Source: an uncultured virus (IMG/VR IMGVR_UViG_3300043256_000464) | Taxonomy: Duplodnaviria > Heunggongvirae > Uroviricota > Caudoviricetes | DNA length: 64,000 nt | IMG/VR virus record: IMGVR_UViG_3300043256_000464 | Direction: 5' to 3' (one strand) | Shown here: positions 30,472 to 40,555 of the stretch, piece by piece | Numbering within the stretch: position 1 is the first letter of the stretch | How the letters are laid out: each line of letters starts with the position of its first letter | Program-made: the position numbers and the translations under genes | Notes under the pieces: model-generated | The model's input: only the letters and a program-made list of their open reading frames with translations | Told to the model about the DNA's origin: nothing | The model's database searches: none

Positions 30472-31112
30472 GTTTCCTTTCCTATATAATCTGGCGGGTT
30501 AATTCCAACCTTCCCCAGTCTTTCCATAAGCCTTTCATCATTGAGTTCGATCATCTTTCCTACCGCGCCCATCAACAAATAGTACAAGCGCGCGATCTCA
30601 TCTTGGACAATAGCCCTGATTTGTTCTTCTTGTTGTTTGCTAATCATCTTTCATTTCCGAAAAAAGCTGCTCCGTTTCTTTTCGTTCTTGCTTTAACCAC
30701 GCCTCGTATTCTTTGTTTTCCGCGCGGTAGGAACGCGAGATTATCTTCTTGATTCCATGCTTAATCTTGTTCAATCGCCAACGCCTATAGCGTTTGTTTA
30801 ACCACTTGTTCATTTCTTTTCCAGCCAATAGAAGCGGATAACTTTTCTTCCAGAACTATCAACCTCTCCTGGATGTCCATGTCGCCAACGCATCCCGCGA
30901 TTCACTAAATAGACGTGGATGAGCTTGTGGTATTTCTTTGGATTGCGAAGACACAAACTGTTGGGGGCATACATCTCAATCGAATTGGGTCAGTTTATCA
31001 AGCCAGAAAAGCCATCGTCATAATGCAGGGGCTTACCCTGATCTCCCGCGCGCAGGAGCCTTCGTTCAATTTCTAGCTCGATAGAGGAAAGTATACCACT
31101 GTTGAGGAGATG

Positions 31113-31240
31113 AAAAAGCCATGCTGTTCAGGTCGCTCATCGTCTTTCTCCCTGAGATTGTCATCTCACAGGGATCGCCTTACAAAACCTTTTGACAAGA
31201 TTGACAGTGGACGAATTCGACGCCCTCAATGCAGCATGGC
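31113..31240 (-). ncRNA. Candidate structured small RNA
   Basis: TGTTATACT extended -10 upstream; 9-bp terminal stem GCCATGCTG/CAGCATGGC followed by TTTTT; internal hairpin 31149-31174. Confidence 0.5.
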
Positions 31241-31321
31241 ATTGAAAGTATAACATTCATCAGATACTTTTCCGTCCAATGAGAAATAGGCGGTTAGATT
31301 CCAGCCTATCAAACTCTGTTA

Positions 31322-32314
31322 CTATGGCCCGATGCCAAAATTCTCAATCATCATTGCCGTTTCGTTTTTTGGAGTACGCGTTGTTTTTATGTGCCACTGA
31401 TGAAGACCCATAAAGCCTTTTGAGCATATATCAACATAGCCCTTAATCCGTCGATAGTCCATGAGCCAATGATCAATCGTAGCATAACCCTTAAACACAG
31501 GCATGTCGCCCCAGATCGGGTCTGTGGCCGGTGCCGCGCCAACGAACCACCATGGAAAATGATCTAGCTCCAGCGCCATTGTATTAGTTATGAGCCCTCC
31601 GGCACTGATAAAAAAACCTCTGTCTCGCTCAATCTTTTCTATATTGTTGTGCCAGTCTACAGCGTCGATCTGCTCCATGGTCTTTGCGCTCAGGAAAAAT
31701 ATCTTTACGACGATCCACCTTCTGCCGCTCGACTCACCGTTGCCCATCTGGTACGAAAAATTATCTGCCCGCTCTCCGCTCGATGCCTCAAATATGAATC
31801 TCGCGGCCTTCGGCAACAGCATAATCTCTGGCTGCATGATCGCCCATATATCACCCTCGGCCATTGGCATGAGAGATTTCAAACCTTGAGTTGGACAAAC
31901 AGAGATTTCCGTTCGTGTCAGCCGCTTTGTTTTGAGTCTGAGATAAGGCCGAAACTTTTCAAACACCGATTCCAAATCTTGACTGCTGCCATTGTCACAT
32001 ACTAGAACCTCAAACTCGCGCCAGTCTTGCCGCGCCAAACACTCAAGAGAACGCGCTAGTTGATTTCGACGAAAATCGTTAATCGACATTAGAAGAGAGA
32101 GCTTGACTGGCAAGCTCTCATCTTTCAAGTCCAGGTCGTCTATCTTCAGAACTGGCTCTCCCTCATTCCAAATATCTGCCGCTATAGGCGGCGCGCGTTT
32201 CGCTTTGTTAGGAACCGTAGCGGGCGCATCAATCTCTTGGCTGGCCGCGATCTGTTGAGCCTGTTGAATGCGACGAACTCTTGCAGATTGCGGCGTCGAG
32301 TTTTCTTCGCTCAT
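31322..32314 (-). CDS. Glycosyltransferase family 2
   Basis: VLVCDNGSS, QPEIML, HQWH; similar to 1478-2218. Confidence 0.75.
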   Translation of the reverse strand: MSEENSTPQSARVRRIQQAQQIAASQEIDAPATVPNKAKRAPPIAADIWNEGEPVLKIDDLDLKDESLPVKLSLLMSINDFRRNQLARSLECLARQDWREFEVLVCDNGSSQDLESVFEKFRPYLRLKTKRLTRTEISVCPTQGLKSLMPMAEGDIWAIMQPEIMLLPKAARFIFEASSGERADNFSYQMGNGESSGRRWIVVKIFFLSAKTMEQIDAVDWHNNIEKIERDRGFFISAGGLITNTMALELDHFPWWFVGAAPATDPIWGDMPVFKGYATIDHWLMDYRRIKGYVDICSKGFMGLHQWHIKTTRTPKNETAMMIENFGIGP

Positions 32315-32362
32315 GCCTGAACATCCAATGATACTTTGCCAAAAATAGCCATGTCCATGCTA

Positions 32363-32926
32363 CTATTTTCTCCCTATCAAGAACATACCTTTGTCGTCCC
32401 AGTGTTCGGGCCGAGCGTCAAAGAATTCGGGCTTAATCAATACAGGTTCAACATCCTCGTAGCTAATTTTCTCTGGCTGGATTTTTTCACGACTGTAGTC
32501 GTGGATCAAGATGAAATCTCCCGGCCTGAGAACTTCGTGGTAACAATCAAGCTCTTTTGGCTTGTCGCCGCCGTCACAGAAAATAAGCGCCGGTGCCGGG
32601 CCATTCTTGATGTCCCGCTCGACCATTCCTTTTATTTTATGGTCGAAGCAGTCGCCGGAAAGTATCATCGCCCTTGGATGATTTGAGGCCATCTCTAGGA
32701 CGCTTTTCTCAGTCTGCCCAACGTCTATCTCGACTCCCAAGTATTTAAATTCGTGATCGTAAAGCGCCCTCGCCATTAACAGTGAGGCCAGCCCGCCCTT
32801 GAAGATACCGATCTCGACAAACATCCTGATTCGCTCTCGACGCAATAGATCGCAGATGTTGGCCAAGTGACTCCACATTAAGGCCGCCGGAATTCCCAAC
32901 GGATCACACACGAACGGAAGATTCAT
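32363..32926 (-). CDS. Methyltransferase-like, paralog 2
   Basis: FVEIGIFKGG...FCDGGDK...IHDY. Confidence 0.6.
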   Translation of the reverse strand: MNLPFVCDPLGIPAALMWSHLANICDLLRRERIRMFVEIGIFKGGLASLLMARALYDHEFKYLGVEIDVGQTEKSVLEMASNHPRAMILSGDCFDHKIKGMVERDIKNGPAPALIFCDGGDKPKELDCYHEVLRPGDFILIHDYSREKIQPEKISYEDVEPVLIKPEFFDARPEHWDDKGMFLIGRK

Positions 32927-32979
32927 AATCGACTGTCAGTCTCCTGTTCTATGGAGAAAAGTATACCATTGACACAAAG

Positions 32980-33055
32980 TAGGGGATGGCGGATTCGAAC
33001 CGCCGACCTCTTGCTTCCAGGGCAAGCGAGAACAGCCAGACTTCTCCAATCCCCT
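32980..33055 (-). tRNA. tRNA-Pro(UGG), atypical
   Basis: Acceptor AGGGGAT/ATCCCCT, anticodon arm CTTGC-CCTGGAA-GCAAG, T arm GGTTCGAATCC. Confidence 0.75.
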
Positions 33056-33058
33056 AGG

Positions 33059-33130
33059 CTCCCACGGCTTGACTCGAACAAGCAACCTACCGGTTAACAG
33101 CCGGACGCTCTACCATTGAGCTACGTGGGA
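33059..33130 (-). tRNA. tRNA-Asn(GUU)
   Basis: Acceptor TCCCACG/CGTGGGA, D arm GCTCAATGGTAGAGC, anticodon loop CTGTTAA, T loop TTCGAGT. Confidence 0.9.
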
Positions 33131-33137
33131 TTGCGAG

Positions 33138-34031
33138 TTAAACTTCTGTTATTGTAACGTCTGTTTTTCCAGCGGGGACTCTGATTTCTATGTTGAGTTT
33201 ATTCGGGGGTGGAGGCGGCGGATCTCCATTTCCAATTGGAGGTAGTTGTCTGATTGCATCCCATACTGGACGGGTATATCTTCCGCTTGAAACTTTACGG
33301 GCCGTATGCAAAGCCCACCAGCTTTCGCCGACCAAATCAAGCTCTCTGACTCGTTTTCCGAATTGGATCATTTCGGCTACATTGATCGTTCCAAGCCCTT
33401 CGCCACTATATGCGCGTCCAACTGGCACAATAGGTTTCGGACTCACAAATTTTTTCCACTGACGAATCGCATGTTCAAGCCACAGCAGAGCATGAGTATT
33501 CCACCAATAGCACATAGGCATTGAATAATCCAAGCGCTCCATAAATACCTTGGCCACATCGGATCTGTGCCAACGGCTGCCAGTCCACGGACTATTAAAC
33601 AACGGCCAAGAAACAAGAGCAGCCTTCACTGGTAGCGAGTTATACCTGAAAGTATCCACAACGGTTCTCGCTTTCGCGGGCGCGTCTGCAAATGAATCGA
33701 ATTTGCTTTCTACATTGAAGATATAGCCATCCAATTTCAGCTCAGAAACTTGCTGGGCAGCAATCATCCCCTCGCCTGCAGGATTTACTCCATAGCAAAA
33801 TCCGTAGCCCCAAACCTCGAAGCCAAGATTCTGCATTTCACTTACCCAATCCCGTTTGACGTTCAAGCCCCAGGTTGGATGATTCCAGATAGGAACCTTG
33901 TAAGCTGCGCTGCCTTCGGCTACTTTGACATCGATGCGGCTGATTCCGGCTTCCTTGAGAATCGGAGCGATTCTGGCTGGTTCGCCTTTCTCAATTAGGG
34001 GGACCTTCCACCAAAATATTCCTTTCTTCAT
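33138..34031 (-). CDS. Glycoside-hydrolase-like TIM-barrel protein, possible lysin
   Basis: VKVAEG, VWGYGFCYG, DGYIFNVE, MPMCYW, Pro-rich linker. Confidence 0.5.
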   Translation of the reverse strand: MKKGIFWWKVPLIEKGEPARIAPILKEAGISRIDVKVAEGSAAYKVPIWNHPTWGLNVKRDWVSEMQNLGFEVWGYGFCYGVNPAGEGMIAAQQVSELKLDGYIFNVESKFDSFADAPAKARTVVDTFRYNSLPVKAALVSWPLFNSPWTGSRWHRSDVAKVFMERLDYSMPMCYWWNTHALLWLEHAIRQWKKFVSPKPIVPVGRAYSGEGLGTINVAEMIQFGKRVRELDLVGESWWALHTARKVSSGRYTRPVWDAIRQLPPIGNGDPPPPPPNKLNIEIRVPAGKTDVTITEV

Positions 34032-34173
34032 GCTTCCTCTTCGTTAGCTTCCATCAAGATTTCGGAGACTTCTTCCGCGGAAAGACCGTCGTAGCCATCC
34101 CAGGCTTCGACCAGTTTGAGATGTTTCTGCCATCGCTCCTCAGACCAATCTTCGGGCTTCTTTATTTTCACCA

Positions 34174-37100
34174 TCATTTCCCTACTTCCATAATGTGATA
34201 GTCTGGTCTTCCGTGCAATTCATAATTCCAATTCGCTGGAGCCTCATCCTCATCAAATGAATACTGCTCCGTTGTCTTGAAGCCAATGCCTGAATAGTAC
34301 GCTGGCAAAAACGGACCAAAGGCCTCCGCGTAATTCACTTCATTTTCCCTTACGCTCTGCTCTATCATCTTAAGAACAGTGCCTTTTGGGGCTCCATCGT
34401 TAAATGCAGCAGTGGCTTCTATTCTACCATCGCCGTGATCCAACACAGCTAGTCCGGATTTGCCATCTTCGCTAAGATACAAAGCTTCCATATCAGCTAA
34501 TTCTTTTTCGCTATAGTGCGTGACGAAGGCGGCCCGTTTGTTGTCCTCCATAGCATTTGTGAAAGCCTGGTTGAATTCATCCGCAGTCGCTTGGACACCT
34601 GGGCTTTTACTCGCTTCGGGTTTTGTTTCGGCTGCTCCCGTATGAGAATATCCAGCTTGTGATCCTCCACGTTGGCCTTTTCTTCCCTCCTGTCCCTCAT
34701 GCCCCTCTCCGTGACGCTCGATTGCTCCATCAAGAATGCGTCCGACTGACACGGGATTTTCCCCAATTGGGAATGCAGGATCAATAATCTCAATTCCTTC
34801 TGGCCAGTTGTCTCGATACGCTTCTTCAGCGTTCACAACCAGCATTTCGCCAGCCCCTACGGGCAGCAACACAATAACTCGCCTATCATCGGAGGGCTTA
34901 TAAGTGAAGGCTCGGGAAATCTCCGGCGATTCCTCAATAGCCCGATCGACAGACCTACGCAAAGTCGCGAGGTCTTCTGTTTCTTGTTTATTAAACGTAC
35001 CCAAACCCCAACGATGGAATCTGGGAGCCTCGCCACTAACCTGAGTCACCATCGAGGAAAATAGATCGGCTACATATTCTCTGCGCAACCTAATTGTATC
35101 TTCTCCATAATGCTGACTTGCTGCAGAAATATATCTATCGCTTCCGATCATCTCACTATTCAAGTCCATTGTGATTTGAGGTACATCATTTGCGTCTCTT
35201 ATATCAGACAGAACATCGTTGTGAACCCAGTGTCCGAGTTCGTGATATGCGAGTTCTTTCCACTTAGAGCCGCCAACGCCCTTTTCTCCCTCCAATCTAT
35301 CGGTCATCCAGATCGTCTCGTTCTCATAGCTTCCCACCACACCAGAGCCAGCGCTACGATCTGCCAAATATGCAGCAAGCTCATAACGATTAAGCGCTGG
35401 ATAACGCTGGCCCTCTATGACAGCATCGGCCATGTCCAGATAGCTATTGGTGATCGTCAAACCGCGTGGTTTGATGCCAGTTTTCTCATAGAATTCCTTA
35501 AGTACCTCAATTGAAGAATTCCTAAACTCAACACCACGAGCCTTATCTTCCTCATCGAATTCTTCATCGAGCGCCAATTTTCGACCGAACTCAATCGTAT
35601 TGTCGTCTTCAGGATTCCAATCTCCATTCGCGCCATTTCCCGCATGGACTGATTGATCGGTACCTGTGCCTGGATGAGGACCAGGACCAAGGTGTTTCTC
35701 TATGATTTCCTCAGATTCCTCGGGTTCCGATTCTGTAATCAGCTCACCCAATTCTGTCATTCTCGGAGCAGTCGATACAACTAAACCCTTGTCGATATTA
35801 GATGTCCTCCATTCGTTTCGGCTGAGGCCGAGCAAGCGCATTGTGTCAACGCCATTGACTTGCTTTAAAGGGCGGGAAATAGGATCAAGTGAGGGGGGTA
35901 TGTCCTCAACTACAAATATCCTCAGGCCAACTAATTCATTGTCGCGTCCACTTGGTATTTCCACGCTAGCTCTTTGATCTACGCGAGTATCCATCATAGA
36001 TCGAAGTGTTTGTTTCTGCTCACTTGTAAATTCATCTGTTCCAGAAATAACAAAAGTCTCTTGGCCATACGCAAAAAATGTGTGGCGAATCAAACCAGAC
36101 TGAATAACCTGAGTCTCACTGATGGTGATATCGTCTGTATCAACCCCGCTTACTTCAGAAAGCGCGTGTTGACTGGTTTCCTCATGAACACTACCTTCGG
36201 CAAGAGTGCGGCCATCTGGCGCGATCCAAGCTGCATTCACGATATTTTCTGGTGGCGTCAATCCAAATTTCTTTTCGATAGCATCCGCATAAGATTTCGA
36301 CAACGCTTCATCGAATGGTTGCTTTTGCCATGTTTCAGAAGTCAATCCAATCTTGTCTGAATCGGCTTTATCTCCATCATGGGTATATCCTGGTTGAGAT
36401 CCACCCTGTTGCCCCAGTCGGCCTTCTTGACTTTTGTGACCCTCGCCATGCCTGAAAATAGACGAAAGCCTTGCAAAGAGTCCCCCTATTTCCTCACGAA
36501 TGCTTTTCTTGCCAATTACATCGCTTAGGAATTCCTGCTCCTGTCCTCGCAGCCTTCGCTCGCCGCGGGCACGCGCATCGCGCACCTTCTGATCTTCCGG
36601 ACTTATGAATTCAGGATTTTCGCGTGTTATCTTTCCTAGCCATTCCCTTGGCACACTGTCCCAGTCAATCAGCAAAGCAAAAGCACCGTCCTTTGGTTCC
36701 AAATCAATACCTTCTTTCTTAATGCCCTGGCCACCGATATCGACCTCATCTAGGTTTTCCCTTTCAACGAGCAGTTCCTTCCGGGCGCGCTCTGCCATGC
36801 TTTGCACTTGATCTGGCTTCCAGGCTGCAATGCGATTGTCCGAATCGATAATTGGATCGAACGCCTCAAAGAAATCTTTGGCCTCGTCAACAAAGCCAAG
36901 GTAAAGACCTTGGTTGCCAGTCTCGGCAATCTGGAAAGCTTCGGCCATCATCTGGGCCCCAAATCCTTTTCCAGATTCCTTAGCAACAAGATGCTGGAGC
37001 TCTAGCCAGTTATACCGTTCGATATCTTGATCTTCATCTTTGCTTTGGTCGTCATCTTTTCCGGGTCCTAAAATAGAATACTCGCCAGCTTCGTTGACAT

Positions 37101-40100
37101 CGGCTACGATAAACAAATAGGACGATTCATCCTCAACTCTCTCGATTGTTTTGATCAATTTGTCGTCTTTACGCTGATAGCCGCGGCGATAGACATCAAT
37201 CTTTACAATGGCCTCAGCAGGGATGCTTTGGCTAAACATCAATTCCCCAAATTCAGACACTTCTGGTTCGCTACCAGCTAGAGAACTATCAATTGTGATA
37301 AGTGCATAATTCTCTTCCGAACTCCGCGATGCGAAATGCAATGCATCTCTGCGATCTGAAGCGGCATAAACAACATCGGATACTCGGTTGTCTTCATCGG
37401 CAAAGTTTAGGAGCAATCCAGATTCCATAATGCTTTGGGCAGCTTTGGCTCCGGTTCCATGGAAGATCGATTCGGATGGTTTCTTTTCTGATCCTTTACC
37501 TGCGCCATTTCCACCATGCACTTCCTGACCCGTTCCTGTACCGGGATGCGTCGGCGCATAGTGACGCAAGATACCGCTCTTTTGTTCCTCAATAGAATTG
37601 ATCAATTCGTCAACTCTAGGAACCTTGGAGCGCGGTAGCATCCTGGCGAACGCAACGATTTCCCCGAGGTCGTTTAAAGCAAACCTGTGATCGTATCCAA
37701 CTAGGCCAGCGCTGGCCCTTTCGATATCCGCATCAATTCGCAAATCAACTTCATCTTCTGTTATGACCGGCAATCGCTTAAGCGCTACGTTCCGCATCAG
37801 ATCTTCGATTCCTTCGTTGCCGAAAGTGATCAGGGAGCTTTGTTCAATCGATAGATCTTGATAGGAATCGGGCTGTGCATAAAGCAAGTCAAGTGTTTCT
37901 TGAATTAACTCACCCTGCATCTGCATCCGTATCTCAGAGCGGTATTCTTCATCACCGCGCGTCTGTTCAAGCTTTTCAGGATCAGGCCACTGGAGAGCTT
38001 CGTTCAATAAATCGCTTCCCCCGCGCGGCCACTGGCTTAGGTCATCTGCGAGCTTTTGGGCATCCTGTTCGTTGGGTGTCTTGTTTATGTCGGAGAACGG
38101 CTCATGGTTTTCTTTGCCAAACAACTTCTTGGTTGGTTTGAAGCCGGTCTCTTGTCTTCTGCTCGAGCCTCCAGGATCAAGCCCGGCGATGTCAATATCT
38201 TGATCTTGCCCAGATTCTCCGGAAGCGAGTATCCCACGCTCGACAACCATCCCACCTTTCTCAATGACAGTCACCGGAGTTCCAGCTTTTTCGTATTCCT
38301 CTATTTCGTCTGGATCGATTCGGACTATCTCGCGGAACTCATCATCGCCTGCCATGGTTGGGAATGCGAATGCAACTACAACTTCTTTGGCGCGCTCGAT
38401 GTATGACTTTTCTATCTCAGATCCACTAAGCGCAGCAATGACTTTGGCTCTGTCGTCTCTATTGCGCTGAAGCATTGGGATATAACGGCTGGTATTTTTG
38501 ATGCCCATGGCATCAGTTCCAAGCACATATGAAGCCGTTAAATCAGCTACATATTCGCTCATTACCGATTCGCCTGTATAGCCCAGATCCTCAACAATGT
38601 GCCTGTAAATAACAGGGACTTCTATTCCTTCGTTGCCTGCTCCGATTATGCGCCTATGGGCCCAATGGCCCATTTCGTGAGTGATAACCCAGTCACCAGC
38701 ATCTTCATTTACCTTTTCCCACTTCTCTAGAGATTCATTGTTGATCCACAGCAAGTTGAAATCGTCGGCTTCGCCAGTTTCTCTATTACTCATGAAGCCC
38801 GCTACCTGTTCCTCCAAGATCGGGTTTACTTTCATCAATGCAGCTAATCTAGTGCTTGGACTGGTTTCAACTTCAGGAACTATGCCAGAAATAGAATCAA
38901 TAAAAGAATCGCCAGCATCTTCTATGTCGTCTGTGATGAGCATGAAGCTAGGAGCTATCCCGGTTTTTTCAGTGAAGTCATTAAAAAGCCCTCTGGTTTG
39001 TTTGAGTCTTTCCTTGTCGTCCATCCCCCATATGACTTTTCGCTGACCTGCTTCTGTTCGTCTGCGTCTAGCAGCTTGGCGTCTTCTAGATGTCTCTTCC
39101 TTAGATCCACCTACGTGATGAAATCCGGTTTGGCTTCCGCCTCTTTTGCCAGGACGACCATGCTGATCCTCGTGATCGCCATGTCTCAAAGCAAATGGGC
39201 CATCCTCTAAGCTGATCACCTTACGGAGTGGTCCGTAGACGATAGATTCGCCCCGCAGGAGCGTTGATAGCTGTTCTGTGGATAGAATGACGCCTTCGAA
39301 CACTTCCTCTTCGCTGGAGCGCTCTTTCAATGCCTCGCGAAGTCGCTTGATGATCGTCTTCAATGACTGCTTCTCTCCGATTTTTTTGGCTTGCTCCGAA
39401 TCGCCTTCGCCCATTTTCTTGGGAGCCTCGCCATCTAGGATCGCCCATACACGATTGATTTCATCTTTGGCATCCTCGCCCTCAGCCCAGATACAGAAAT
39501 GCTTGAAACAGAACCATGCTCGTGCCATTCCGTTGGCCCAATGAACATCCACTTCAGGAGGCTTTGAACAATCCATGCACTTCTTCCGACTATGCTTCGC
39601 TCGCTCTTCTAGCACAATCCCGCTCTCGACAAATACCCTATCGCCCATGCCTCGCGGAAGATGGACAGTAAATACCTTTTCAAATTCGTTGCGACCAACA
39701 ATGAAGAGATCCGCCGATATGTGAAATGGCTCGATTGTTGGCAACTGAGCAGGAACAGAATCAAGATCATATGCAACTGTGACGTGTGGTTTAAATACAG
39801 AAGGGGGTGAGAATTCGCTAACCGGCAAACCCTCAGCAACCGCTTGGTAATAAAGATCTGATTGAAGCCGAAGCAATGCAGGACCAGGATTCGCCAGCCA
39901 CACCAACGCAAGGGAGTCTCCCCCTTCCAACACCGCCAAGCTGGTTAATTCAATTAGCATCTGTATGGGCGGCATGAGGTTGGCCACCAAAGCAGCAATT
40001 GATTCAGTAGGGCAATTCTCAATATACAAAAGCGTCATATGAAACTTATCCGGTTTAACCGGCTTAAGCGTCATGTCGAGTTCTTCTAGTATCTTGGTTT

Positions 40101-40254
40101 GGAGACTTACAAGAGAATCGGGTCGGAATGGGATGTAAATAAAGCAAGCGTTGCCCGCGCGCTCAATTGCCAGATGCCCGCTTTTGGCAAGCCAATCGGT
40201 TGGACTAATGAAGTAGTCGGGGAACTGAACTTTTTTCTCCACACTAAAACTCAC
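34174..40254 (-). CDS. 2026-aa polyvalent head-associated protein (2H phosphoesterase, two HExxH peptidase-like, ART-like, GNAT-like)
   Basis: FHMTL/PHVTV; THEMGH and YHELGH; IFHGT..VYAAS; GKGFGAQMM; five His/Gly spacer motifs. Confidence 0.7.
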   Translation of the reverse strand: MSFSVEKKVQFPDYFISPTDWLAKSGHLAIERAGNACFIYIPFRPDSLVSLQTKILEELDMTLKPVKPDKFHMTLLYIENCPTESIAALVANLMPPIQMLIELTSLAVLEGGDSLALVWLANPGPALLRLQSDLYYQAVAEGLPVSEFSPPSVFKPHVTVAYDLDSVPAQLPTIEPFHISADLFIVGRNEFEKVFTVHLPRGMGDRVFVESGIVLEERAKHSRKKCMDCSKPPEVDVHWANGMARAWFCFKHFCIWAEGEDAKDEINRVWAILDGEAPKKMGEGDSEQAKKIGEKQSLKTIIKRLREALKERSSEEEVFEGVILSTEQLSTLLRGESIVYGPLRKVISLEDGPFALRHGDHEDQHGRPGKRGGSQTGFHHVGGSKEETSRRRQAARRRRTEAGQRKVIWGMDDKERLKQTRGLFNDFTEKTGIAPSFMLITDDIEDAGDSFIDSISGIVPEVETSPSTRLAALMKVNPILEEQVAGFMSNRETGEADDFNLLWINNESLEKWEKVNEDAGDWVITHEMGHWAHRRIIGAGNEGIEVPVIYRHIVEDLGYTGESVMSEYVADLTASYVLGTDAMGIKNTSRYIPMLQRNRDDRAKVIAALSGSEIEKSYIERAKEVVVAFAFPTMAGDDEFREIVRIDPDEIEEYEKAGTPVTVIEKGGMVVERGILASGESGQDQDIDIAGLDPGGSSRRQETGFKPTKKLFGKENHEPFSDINKTPNEQDAQKLADDLSQWPRGGSDLLNEALQWPDPEKLEQTRGDEEYRSEIRMQMQGELIQETLDLLYAQPDSYQDLSIEQSSLITFGNEGIEDLMRNVALKRLPVITEDEVDLRIDADIERASAGLVGYDHRFALNDLGEIVAFARMLPRSKVPRVDELINSIEEQKSGILRHYAPTHPGTGTGQEVHGGNGAGKGSEKKPSESIFHGTGAKAAQSIMESGLLLNFADEDNRVSDVVYAASDRRDALHFASRSSEENYALITIDSSLAGSEPEVSEFGELMFSQSIPAEAIVKIDVYRRGYQRKDDKLIKTIERVEDESSYLFIVADVNEAGEYSILGPGKDDDQSKDEDQDIERYNWLELQHLVAKESGKGFGAQMMAEAFQIAETGNQGLYLGFVDEAKDFFEAFDPIIDSDNRIAAWKPDQVQSMAERARKELLVERENLDEVDIGGQGIKKEGIDLEPKDGAFALLIDWDSVPREWLGKITRENPEFISPEDQKVRDARARGERRLRGQEQEFLSDVIGKKSIREEIGGLFARLSSIFRHGEGHKSQEGRLGQQGGSQPGYTHDGDKADSDKIGLTSETWQKQPFDEALSKSYADAIEKKFGLTPPENIVNAAWIAPDGRTLAEGSVHEETSQHALSEVSGVDTDDITISETQVIQSGLIRHTFFAYGQETFVISGTDEFTSEQKQTLRSMMDTRVDQRASVEIPSGRDNELVGLRIFVVEDIPPSLDPISRPLKQVNGVDTMRLLGLSRNEWRTSNIDKGLVVSTAPRMTELGELITESEPEESEEIIEKHLGPGPHPGTGTDQSVHAGNGANGDWNPEDDNTIEFGRKLALDEEFDEEDKARGVEFRNSSIEVLKEFYEKTGIKPRGLTITNSYLDMADAVIEGQRYPALNRYELAAYLADRSAGSGVVGSYENETIWMTDRLEGEKGVGGSKWKELAYHELGHWVHNDVLSDIRDANDVPQITMDLNSEMIGSDRYISAASQHYGEDTIRLRREYVADLFSSMVTQVSGEAPRFHRWGLGTFNKQETEDLATLRRSVDRAIEESPEISRAFTYKPSDDRRVIVLLPVGAGEMLVVNAEEAYRDNWPEGIEIIDPAFPIGENPVSVGRILDGAIERHGEGHEGQEGRKGQRGGSQAGYSHTGAAETKPEASKSPGVQATADEFNQAFTNAMEDNKRAAFVTHYSEKELADMEALYLSEDGKSGLAVLDHGDGRIEATAAFNDGAPKGTVLKMIEQSVRENEVNYAEAFGPFLPAYYSGIGFKTTEQYSFDEDEAPANWNYELHGRPDYHIMEVGK

Positions 40255-40555
40255 CTAGATTCTCAACACCGAACTTCACAGTCCATCCCAGCTCGGCCAG
40301 ATGGACACCAAACGAAACGGCAATTCCGGTGAGAACCTCGCTTACAACCGGTATATATACTGGTTGTAAAAGATTCACATCCAATCCCCACGCGAGCAAT
40401 GTGAATATCCAAGAACCCAAGCAAAAGCTACATTCCCTCAATTCCTCCAATTTAGGAGAAATACTAAAAAGGGGCTTGGTTAAGCTACTCGTTTGGAGGG
40501 TCCAGATAAGTAAACGACCCAACACTACAACAGCGATGTAGGACATTTTAATCAA
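40244..40555 (-). CDS. Small membrane protein (DUF1360-like)
   Basis: Hydrophobic helices, ELRECSFCLGSW. Confidence 0.55.
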   Translation of the reverse strand: MIKMSYIAVVVLGRLLIWTLQTSSLTKPLFSISPKLEELRECSFCLGSWIFTLLAWGLDVNLLQPVYIPVVSEVLTGIAVSFGVHLAELGWTVKFGVENLGEF

